Assembly: GCA_035221665.1 (NCBI GenBank) | Contig: CM069155.1 | Location: 13,578,001-13,642,000, forward strand | Source: Okamejei kenojei | Lineage: Eukaryota | Direction of reading: 5' to 3' | Length of the DNA: 64,000 nucleotides | Shown: positions 37,501 through 49,500 of the stretch, piece after piece | Position numbering within the stretch: the stretch's first letter is position 1 | Layout of the letters: every line of letters begins with the position of its first letter | Position numbers and translations under genes: made by a program | Notes under the pieces: generated by a model | Databases searched by the model: none | Seen by the model: the letters and a program-made list of their open reading frames with translations, nothing else | What the model was told of the DNA's origin: nothing

Positions 37501-40500
37501 TTCATAAAAATTAGAAAGTTGGGAAAATGTCAACCCTTCTAGCAGAAGGCCGAATAGTGGCTTAATAAAATTTAGATAGAGTAAATAGAAAAGAAAAGAT
37601 TCTGACGCAAACCCAAGAGACCTCAAATCCATCACTGAATAACTTACCCAATTTCTTCAAATCGCCTCTGTTTAATTGTGTTTTCTAGTTCAGGGATAAT
37701 TGCTTCATAAAACGAGGTCAATCTGCAAAAAAGGGAATTGTCAAAAAGATATTTCAATATATATTAATTTTTAATTATCTGCAATTGTGCAAAATTATAC
37801 TTAACTACTCATGCTTATGTTTGCCAATTAATATATTTTGCCGCTGCAATAAAACCAAATAATAAAAATTGACACTAGTTTTGCATCACAATGTATTGAT
37901 GTAATGTGTCATGTTTAATAGAAAATAGGTCTTCATCTGCAGTTTTTGTGGAATATTTTTTTTATTTCAAGTCTCACTTTCCCAAAGGAAGTTGGCATGG
38001 TCGAGTTTAAAATATATCATAAGCAATAGGGTCGTACAGTGGCGCAGCGGTAGAGCTACTCCCTTACAGCTCGAGACCTGGGTTCGATCCTGACTACGGG
38101 TGCTTATCTGTGCAGAGTTTGCACGTTCTCCCCATGACATGCGTGGGTTTTCTCAGCGATCTTCAGTTTCCCCCCACATTCTAGAAGACATGTAGGTTTG
38201 TAGGCTAATTGGCTTGGTATAATTGTAAATTGTTCCTAGTGTGCGTAGGATAGTGTTTATATGTGAGGATCGCTGGTCGGCGTGGACTCAGTAGGCACTG
38301 CATCTCCAAACTAAAACTAAACAATAGTGGAGCAAAACCTTTTCCATCTCATGCAGTGCTTTTTATATAATGGTCTGTGCCCGTACAGTGCACCGGTATC
38401 TCTAAAAAATTAAACACCCTTACTTTGTTCTCTGGCATTGTGACCCATGTGGATTAGTGGTGACTACTTGCACCTTTTGGTCCATAAAAACTTACTGATC
38501 CTAAATATGCCATTTCCCCAAAGGAAGATGGTACAGTCAAGTTGAAAATGTATTATAAATGATGGTGGACTTAGTGAGACGATGTGGATCATTTCACTTA
38601 AGTCCACCATTGTTTTTAAAAAAAAAACTTAGATAATGCACATAATTTTACACTTAATAGGAATTCTAGCAAAAGAACGAGAATAATTCATCAACTTGAT
38701 CAATTTAAATAAAAGGGGCAACGATTTGGAGCATGCAATAATGCAAAGAAAAAAGTGTAGATGCATAATAAAAACAGAAAATCCTAGAAACTCAGTAGCT
38801 AGGCAAACCTGTAGAGAACGAAAATCAAGAGTTAATATTTCAGATCACTGAACTTGATCGATGTTAGGAAAAAAGAAAAATTCTTGTGAATTACAGCCCA
38901 AAAAATGGCTGACATGGTGACATGCCAAACAACAATTGCAGGAAATGTGAAATTAAAGAGAATGTTGTAAACAGCCAGCCATCAGGTAGCATGCCTGGTG
39001 AGAGAAAACCCAAGATAATGTTGGAGGTTGTTGACCTGTAGACAGTTCTGAAACAAACTGGAAATGTTGGTTCTCCAAAATAGTTTGCACCATTCATTTG
39101 TTGCACAGTTAAGTGCCTGGTCAAAAGATAATGCGCTGTTCCCTGTGCTTCAGTTGGTTGTCACTGGAACAACGTGAAAGGCCAAAGGCAGAGAGATTAG
39201 AGTAGTAGTGATATGTAGTTTTAAGGTGACAGATGGGACATCTTTGTCGGTATGAACAGGTTGAGCTGAGGGGCCTGTTGCATGCTGTATGAAGCTATGA
39301 CAAAACAGGAAGTTCAACATCACCCTTGGCCAACACCTGGAAGGGAGTTTTAGGTCCCTGGATGATGTGAAGGAAATAAGCCAATGTGCACGTTGTACCT
39401 TCTACAGTCAAATTGGGAATGTGCCACAAGAAAAGGAGAGGGTGTTATTAGAAATGAAAGAGCAAAACAAGGAATCACCAAGTGAGTAATTATTGAGAGA
39501 TTCTGAAAGATGAAGGGAATACATGAGAGCTCACATTGGAGGACAAGGAGAAGAGGCAAATTGCGCAAAAAATGGTAGATACATGGTTGCGAGCCGTGTC
39601 AATCAGGTGGAACAAGAGCTACATTACGGACATGGAAGTCACCTCAGAGACACAAGTGTGGAAAAAGTAGTCTATCAAACCGTAGCCGCACAAACTGGAA
39701 ATGGAGTACTTATAGAATGCCTGGCAGAAAGAGGTACATCCCCTTCAGACATCAGCAGTATTAAAAAGAACCTCACCACCCTCTCTTAAAGAGCAACATT
39801 TGCATTACTCTTTTGATCTACACTATCACACACATTTCTTTGTCCTTTAAAATTCCCCATGTGTTCTAAATCTGATGAATGATCATCAACTTATAACTTT
39901 AATTTTGAAAATACTGCCTGACCCACTGAGTATTTATGGCATGTTCTGTTTTTATGTCCGATTTCCAACATCTGCAATCTTTTGCTGTTTGATTGCATGT
40001 ATGTGCATATTGTTTTAAATTAGGAAGGCATAGCTATTATTTAGATCACAATTCTAATACAATCGAAGTGGTAGACTAAAAAAACAATATGCCATATGCT
40101 TCCATACCTTTGTATATAATCATGCTTTTGGAATATCCGACTAGCTTCAGGAAAAATGTCCAAGAATGCAAACAGCGTAGTGCACGTATCACACAGGTAC
40201 AGCAAAATATCCTTAAACTCCTACAAGATAAAAATGTTGTCATAGGTGTAATAGGTGTAATACACTCATAGGTGTAATCTGACTAGCTTTACACACCAGG
40301 TAAAAATATATTTTCAAAATCCCTAAAAAAGGTCTCCTGACCCAGAGGATACTTGTTTAATAGATTACCACATTTACTGTGTGCAACTTAATAGTTACCC
40401 AAAGTAACAAGTGCAAGAATTCCGTTGTTTTATCAATAATTCTGAGGAACAGGCACTGAAATTACAGCATTTAATATTACAAATATTTTGTAACTGCTTT

Positions 40501-43500
40501 AAGACTTAACCAGAACTGATAAATGTTACATTTTCATTATTTTTCTTAATCAGTGTTTAGTTTGGCACATCAACTGTTCTGCCCAAGGCCATAAGAAACT
40601 GCAGAGAATTGTGAATGCAGCACAGTCCATCACATAAACAAGCTCTCCCCAGGACTCCATCTACACTTCACACTACCTTGGGAAAGAAGCCGACGTAATC
40701 AAGGACCACTCACATCCCAGTCACTCTCTTCTCCCCCTGCCTAGTTGGCCAGAAGATTCAAAAGTTTGAAAGCACGCACCACCAGATTCAAGAACAGTTT
40801 CTTCCCCGTTGTTGCCAAACTCTTGAACGGATTTCTCATATGCCAAGGCTGCATCCCCAATCTTACAACCTACTTAGTTACAGCACTCATACTTTTAGTT
40901 TAAACTGCACTTTCTTTGTAGCTGTAATGTTATATATTCTGCACTATTAACTTTCTCTTTTGTACTTCTAGACTGTGGGCCGAGGTGCTTTTTCGTTTCA
41001 TTTAGTGACCCAAATCACATATCTACCTGTATTTATAACATATTGTGTAAAAATGTTATAGAAATCATAACTGAAACAGTAACATGAAGAAGGTTAGGGT
41101 AAAGGTCAGGGCAGGGATTGGCAACCTAAGGCTCACGGGCCAGATACTGCCCCAACCCGAGCCTGCGGGCGTATTTTTTTTTCTGAGGACTTCCATGACG
41201 GAGCCGGTGCTATGGGGGTGCTGAAAGCGGCCCTGCGCGGAGCTGAGCAGCAGGGGGGAAAAGAGCTGGTCAGTCAGTCGGTCAGGCTGCCGGCCGGCTG
41301 GTGGGTGCAATGGGGGGGTCGGTCGGGCTGTCGGATAGCCGGTGGGTGCAATGAGGGGTCGGTCGGGCTGTCGGCCGGCTGGAGTTGCAGCGAGCGAGCA
41401 GGCGGACTGACAGAGCCGGCGATATGGAGGTGCTAAAGGCGGCCAGGGCGACGTGCCGGGCAGTGCTGCTCCCCACCATGTTGACATTCGGTGTAATCAT
41501 GGCATCGGGTGGGCTGCTGCTGATGATCTAGAAGGACATGTTGGCGCAAGTGGACGCGCTGAGTGGCTGGCTGAGGTGGATGCGCTGATTGGCTGGCCGA
41601 AGCGGACGCGCTGAGCGGCCATGCGTATGGAGCCCGCAGCCGGTCCCAAAGCGGCTCCAGCTCTAGCCGTGGGCAGCTCCGGAAGGGGGGCGAGTTAGGG
41701 TTAGGCATTTACTTCTCAGTGGAATATGTATTAGCCTTCCCCCAACCTGGCACTGCCCCAGTCCCACAATGGTGGTGACCCCCACTCTGCACACTGGCAG
41801 TCAGTGGGGTTAAGTAAACTGGGGAACAAACAGGATCTGCCCTCACCCATTGATTAGGTGGGTTCATGAGCTGGTGAAACCCGGGACCTCTGTGGCAGAC
41901 CTGTATTCAATGTTCCCACATACAGCTATATATTATTGAACTCAAGAGGGCGCTGTTACTTTTTCTAATTAGCTTAATTAATTAGTGTGCCACTTTTTGC
42001 ACTGATGAGTTGTGAATTCCTTATCAATGATGTTTTATCTAAATCTGTGCCAAATTTCAAGTAGATACCAGACATGGGTCACAAAAGTTAAAATCTAGAG
42101 ACCTTTTGGCACCTCGGCCCACAGCCTATACCTGTTATACTTGTGCATTGTATGATCTGCCTAGATAGCACGCAAAACAAAGTGTTTCGCAGTATTTCAG
42201 TACACATAACAGTAAAGTAATACTGATACTATTAATTTATCTAAACTATTTCTTATTGCTTATACAAAAGTTACATTCATTCATCTTTGTTAAAACATAC
42301 ACAAGAGATTCCATGCGAAAGATTGCTTTCCATTGACAAAGCTAAAACATATTTTAGTTATGATTTTTTTAATATCAATGATGTGAGCAATACCTGCAGA
42401 GGCATATCCATGGGTGAAACTTTGGTTTGGCCATCAATCTTTTGCGGGAAATTGGAATGATTTTCCCACATTAAGCCACACTTCTCACAGATGCTACTGT
42501 AAACCTTGACAATAATGAAAAAAGATAATAAATGTAGTTACTAATACATTTAGAAACTAAAAACATTAGTTTCCACTATTTTAAACATGACAAAGAATCA
42601 CTTTATGAATGACGCAGGGTCTTTCTTCTCGAGCTGGTCATTTAGTTTGTTATCTAATCTTAAGGACATGTGGTATAAATGTGAAGTGAATTTCAATGTT
42701 GAATGTGTAACACTAATGTCACAGTCTTGTATTCTGAGGCAATTTGGGCAGTTCTGGAATAAATCTCACATTGTTTCATAAATCAGCTTAATCTCCAATC
42801 TTGAACTCTATACCATGGCATCAGTTTAGCCCTTCCCATTATTAGAATGTCGAGAAGGAAACTGCTAATGCATGGTATACATTTCCCAGTGTCAACAACA
42901 ATGTTTCAGATTGTAAATCTCTGACTAGTCTGATCAGTACAAAAACAGTAAATGCATTTCTGTCCACATCAATGGAAAGAGAAAAAGAATAAAAGTTTCA
43001 GGTTGGGGACCCTTCATCAGAGGAAAAGTCTCCAACCTGAAACATGGACTATTTTCCACAGAGAGATGTACTCTGGCCTGCTGAGTATTTGCAGCATGTT
43101 CTGTACTTATTTTGGATTTACAGCATCGATAATTAGTTTGACTTTCATTGTTTTAGTACTCGCAGAGTCACGTTAGGAATGTCACAAGCTAGGTGTTAAA
43201 CATTTTCTGGATAAATCACAGCATTTGTAAGATGTTTATCTCAGAATTCACCAAAGGACTGTGTCAGAAGGTGGTAAAGTGGAAATTGATAGCTTCATTT
43301 CACACACAATGTTTATAGTTGGAAGAGAGGTGATATTCTTGCCTCCAGTCAGGGTTGGACATGAATCTTTCTCTCTTGGAAACAAAAATTCTCATCAACT
43401 TTCAGGAAATACATCTTTTTTTTACACTATTCTCAAATCAATCTGCATAAATGGAACATTTTCTGTTAAGATATTCCATATAGAAACGTTTGCGTGCATT

Positions 43501-46500
43501 TTGCCAACTGTAAATTTGCAACAACCTACCAGGATATGTACAAAATGTGTGGAGAAATATTTAAACTATACAGAAAGCACAATTTAGTTTCAATACCTGT
43601 AGGATCGTGGGAACTGTTTCATTCAGATCATTAAAATAATTTGGCTGTTGATTAAAAATATTCCCTGTGAATGAGAAAAAAAATTAAAGTCGAAAATAAA
43701 TATGATGAAAATCACTTTAAAGTTTCTTTTCAAAATAAGATCTACATTTCTTTCAAACTAACCAATCATCTTCTTAAGAAGAACAGTGTTTCCTTTTCCA
43801 AATATTATACACAAGTCAAAGATTTTTGGGATGTCAAAAAGAAAACCGTCATAGATAATTTCTCCAAAAACATTGGGTGTAATGAAGTGTTCCTAATGGA
43901 GATAAAAATCGATTAGAGAAAAAATATATATATATATTCATCTAAACCTACATGTATCAGCCCATCCTAAAAATGAGACAATAAAGCTAATCAGTTCTAT
44001 ATTTCTATGACAAATTAATCTTTACATAGCTTCAGTAGTGCAACTTCAAGTGGCAAAATATAATTAACATTAAAAATGTAGTGCTTGGTTTTGTTGCAGA
44101 TTGATTATAGACCACCCAAAGACAGACTACAGCTTAGTCAAATTTCTGTCCAAAGGTTTGCTCATACCTTTTAAATTGCATTCCTTCAACTTTTCTTCAC
44201 TTCAAAGTGATCGTCTCATATAAGAAATTATAGTTCTAGTAACACATGATTCCCCAACATAAGGTGGTACGTGCAGTTTTAATACAGCTCTAAATGTAAT
44301 TATGGAAGGCAAACTTGCTACTATTCTATATCTGACAGGATTTGAGCAACTAACTCTCCAGTTTTCTAACACCTCATACATAGCTATTGATAAAACAAGC
44401 ACCTTCACTAGTAGCTCATCAATATCCTCCCTAGACCAGGGATTTATCTACTATTATGTGTTTTAACACCACTGGTACCTCATCTTATGTAATGTGGATT
44501 CACTCCAAGACATCACTATTACAGTGGCTTGCAAAAGTTTTCCTACCCTTTGAACTTTTCCACATTTTGTCACGTTACAACCACAAACGTAAATGTATTT
44601 TATTGGGATTTTATGTGATAGACCAACACAAAGTGGCGCATAATTGGGAAGTGGAAGGAAAATGATACATGGTTTTCAAATTTTTTTACAAATAAAAAAC
44701 TGAAAAGTGTGGCCTGCAAAAGTACTCAGCCCCCTTTACTCTGATACCCCTAAATAAAATCTTGGGCAACTAATTGCCTTCAGAAGTCACCTAATTAGTA
44801 AATAATTACTAATCTAATCTCAGTATAAATACAGCTTTTCTGTGAAGGCCTCAGAGGTTTGTTAGAGAACATTAGTGAACAAACAGCATCATGAAGCCCA
44901 AGGAACACACCAGACAGGTCAGAGAGAGAGGGAATGCCAGGGCCCGAGGGTTGAGGGAGAGGTGGGAAGGGGAGGAGACAGCAAGGGTTAACAGAATTGA
45001 GAAAATTCAATGTTCAAGCCCAAAGGATGCAGACTCCCCAAGCGGAATATGAGGTGCTGTTCCTCCAACTTGCGCTGTTGCTCACTCTGGCCGTGGAGGA
45101 GGCCCAGGACCGAGAGGTCGGATACGGAATGGGAGGGGGAGTTGAAGTGCTGAGCCACCGGGAGGTCGGGTTGGTTAATGCGGACCGAGCGGAGGTGTTC
45201 GGCAAAACGATCGCCAAGCCTCCGCTTGGTCTCACCGAGCAGGGTTAGGTTATAAAAAAAATTTCAAGCTTTGAACATCTCACGGAGCACTGTTCAATCC
45301 ATCATCCGAAAATGGATAGAGTATGGCACAACTGCAAACCTACCAAGACATGGCCGTCCACCTAAAATGACAGGCCGGGCCAGGAGAGCATTGATCAGAG
45401 AAGCAGCTAAGAGACCCATGGTAACTCTGGAGGAGCTGCAGAGATCCACAGCTCAGGTGGGAGATTCTGTCCACAGGACAACTATTAGTCATGCACTCCA
45501 CAAATCGGGCCTTTATGGAAGAGTGGCAAGAAGAAAGCCATTATTGAAACAAAGCCATAAGAAGTCCCGTTTGCAGTTTGCCACAAGCCATGTGGGAGAC
45601 ACAGCAAACATGTGGAGGAAGGTGCTCTGGTCTGATGAGACCAAAATTGAAGGTTTTGGCCTAAATGCAAAACGCTATGTGTGGCGGAAAACTAACACTG
45701 CACTTCACCCTGAACACACCATCCCCACTGTGAAACATGGTGGTGGCAGCATCATGCTGTGGGGATGCTTTTCTTCAGCAGGGATAGGGAAGTTGGTCAG
45801 AGTTGATGGGAAGATGGATGGAGCCAAATACGGGGCAATCTTGGAAGAAAACCTGTTAGAGTCTGCAAAAGACTTGAGACTGGGGCGGAGGTTCACCTTC
45901 CAGCAGGATAACGACCCTAAACATACAGCCAGAGCTACAATGGAATGGTTTAGATCAAAGCATATTCATGTGTTAGAATGGCCCAGTCAAAGTCCAGACC
46001 TAAATCCAATTGAGAATCTCTGGCAAGACTTGAAAATTGCTGTTCACAGATGCTCTCCATCCAATCTGACTGAGCTTGAGCTATTTTGCAAAGAAGAATG
46101 GGCAAAAATTTCAGTCTCTAGATGTGCAAAGCTGGTAGAGACATACCCCAAAAGACTTGCAGCTGTAATTGCAGCAAAAGGTGGTTCTACAGAGTATTGA
46201 CTCAGGGGGGCAGAATACTTTTGCACGCTACACTGTTCAGTTTTTTATTTGTAATAAAATTTGGAAACCATGTATCATTTTCCTTCCACTTCACAATTAT
46301 GCACCACTTTGTGTTGGTCTATCACATAAAATCCCAATAAAATACATTTACGTTTGTGGTTGTAACGTGACAAAATGTGGAAAAGTTCAAGGGGTATGAA
46401 TACTTTTGCAAGCCATTGTAACTGTGCCGAGTTCCCTGGCCATTCTTATCCTTCTCCAGGTTGAGTACAACTAATATTACTGTACTGTCTGAAGAAGGGT

Positions 46501-49500
46501 TTTGGCCCGAAACGTTGCCTATCTCCTTCGCTCCTTAGATGCTGCTGCACCCGCTGAGTTTCTCCAGCCTTTTGTGTACCCTAATATTACTGTACATTTA
46601 GGATAGATGGGTTATTTGGAAAATATCTCCCTGACTTTGTGAATTTGTTTAGTTGCGTTAGAAAGGAATTTTCCATCACACTTAATTCCGGCAGGATTAG
46701 GGCAACTTTGTTTTAGATCTCTCAGAAATTTACATGATTGTGGGGGTACAGTTAATGGTATATAGAAACTTCAGCGTGTTTGTACAGCACTGACCCTATA
46801 AAGCAGCTGGCCCATTTCCTTTTTGTATGTGAATGAAACAAGTTTGGAAAGTTATTTATATGAAAATACACTAGTGACAGATAAATGTACCAGAAGAAAG
46901 TTTATGTCTGCTGAGATCCATTTCAGGTTCCAGAAAGTTTTACTTCCCCACCCAAGGCAACAAATTATCAGCATTTGCTTTTGTCTAAAATTTCTGTTAC
47001 GTGTACATAAATTAATAAAATACAAAGTAGAAATAAAATATTATAGAAAATATACTTTTGTAAATGTGTTTTAAATATTTGATTGAACAATAATAAGCCT
47101 GTAAATCTTCAATTGCCTAAGATATTAATTCTATTTGTTATACCTAATATGCCAAAATCAACATTCCATATGGAATAGAAAAACAAACAATTTATTTAAG
47201 AAATCAAGTTATGGTACTTTAGACTCTTTGTGAGTGGACATCCTAAGAAAAATCATAAAAACGCTGCGATGAAGGCGTTTTTGCATGTCTGCTATGGCTG
47301 GATTTGAATTCTCCAATCCGTCATACTGACGAGGTGTGTAACGCAAGAAAGAGTCCAAAGATTTCTGGAGAGTCTCATCGAAAACAACCTAAAAGCAAGC
47401 GAGAAAAAAGTTACATTATCACAACAATTACTATCAGTTTATTCCACCACAAATTCTTTGGCTCAAATAAAAAAAATTAAAAAATGGTTTTCATGGTATT
47501 CCATTGTGCCTTTCAAAACACCTTCCCAAATGCAAGGGCACAATGGGACCATGTGACAAACTTGCAGGGACAGTTTCCATTTTTAATTGCATATATTAAT
47601 CCATCACTCCATGTGTACAGAAATACAAAAACACATTCAAAGATGCATCAAACTTCCCTCAAACTGTGCTTTTCAAGAAGCCTGCAGATGTTTACACAAT
47701 ATGCGTCTGCCTCCACAGGTTTTATATAATGTACCGAACACCAAGGCCTTGTTCCCATCAATAAGGCCAAAAACTTAGGATCTCCATTGCCTTTCTTGAT
47801 TCGTAAGAGTGTGAAAGATTATGGGGAGAAGACAGGGGAAAGGGTTGAGAGTGAAAGATAGATAATTGAATGGCAGAGTAGATTTCAATGGTCATTTCAA
47901 GGACCATTCAAATGGTCTAAATCTACTTCTATGCATTAGGAACTTATCAACATTTATTTAGGGGGGATATTTCACTATGAATGGCATTAACTTTCAGGTA
48001 GAAAGGAATTTATAATACCTGGCACCAAAATTTATCATGAGGAAGAGATAGTAACCAATCCAGATCACTGGCAATGAAGTTGGCTCGTTCCAAAAATTCT
48101 TCCACCAGAGCTGGCATGTCATCTTGAGGTGGAGGTTTATACAACACAAAGTAACAATCTTCTTTCCTGCTTGGATGCTTTTTTGGGGATAAAATGTTAA
48201 TTTATTTGTGTTAAATACAGACATAATAAAAAGTCATGAATACATTAATTTTATTTATTTTTTTAAATACAGACCGCATCAGTCTGTATTTAAAAATATT
48301 CACCCTCCATTAATAAATTATACTTTCATAAACCAAATCTGGTATATCATCGCACAATCAGGTACAAAAGGTGTTGAGTTGGTCCATCAGAAAGATGGCT
48401 GGATGGTCCAACCTTCTCTTTGTGGAACAATTCTGTTGATTCCAATTCTCTGTCTCCAAGTTTGGTAGAAACAATCAACCAGTGCTCATGTGAGTTTCCA
48501 CTAAACTTCAAGCTAGCGAGGTCCAGATGACAGCTCTTTTGCCTAAAAGAGATTTCCCTCAAATCCCCTGACTTTTGCTCATCAGTTTGTAAATCACCTC
48601 CTGATTAATGAAATGTCTGTTAATGGGAAGAATTTCCCTCCAGGAACTCCATCAAATCCTACTTTAACTCTCTTTGCTCCAAGGAGAATCACTCCAGTTT
48701 CTCTATTCTAACTGCATACCTGAAATTTTCATGTAGGAACAAGGAAAAACAGATGCTGTTTTACAATAAAAGACAGAGTACTGAAGGCACTCAGCAGGTT
48801 AAGCAACATCTCTGAAGAAGTTTTGGGTTGGGTCCCTTATCAGACAGAATTTTTCATATCTGAAACCATGCCTGCATGTTCTTTTCTGTACCTTTCAGGG
48901 ACCTTCACAATCTAAAGTGCAACAACCAGAATTTTACATAATAGTCAGTTGTAACCCAATCAGTATTTATATACTTTTATATTCTTTTGCTGTGTAGTCG
49001 TATTATTTTGTATCATGTTATCATTACATGAAACATCTGTTGAAAAATCTACTTCCAGTATTGCAGAATGTCTGGATTTATGTTTGGTGTGATGTTTGAC
49101 TATTACTGTCCACATCATGAACTATAGTATCACTGCCCAAACATTGTTTTCATGGGACACTTAGGCTGTTATGGAGCCTACAACCCGCATGCTAACAGTT
49201 GCTGCCATAATAATATGCCTATTTAGAATATCCATCAATGACTCATGGCTTTCTAAATTGGAACTACTTGCCACTCAAATCCAGTTTGAGGTGAGATTTT
49301 ACTATCCAAATCAGTATTACAAAGAATCACACGACTACAAGAATGGGCGTGATTGGTCACTGACATAGATTCTAAGCAAAGACATTAGGTGCTGGAGCAA
49401 CTTAACAGGTCAGGCAGCATCTCCTGCGAACATTAATATGTGATGCTTCGGGTCGGGAAACCTGTCTTGAGTTACTCCAGAGCTTTGCATCCTATTTTGA

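Noticed and set aside
38562-38610. Short inverted repeat ATGGTGGACTTAGTGA...TCACTTAAGTCCACCAT
   Set aside because: An isolated hairpin, probably an old transposon remnant. No termini or target duplication could be established.
44202-44408. 68-aa minus-strand ORF
   Set aside because: Resembles a heavily degraded CR1 ORF2 segment (ENWRV...NPVRYR), not a host exon.
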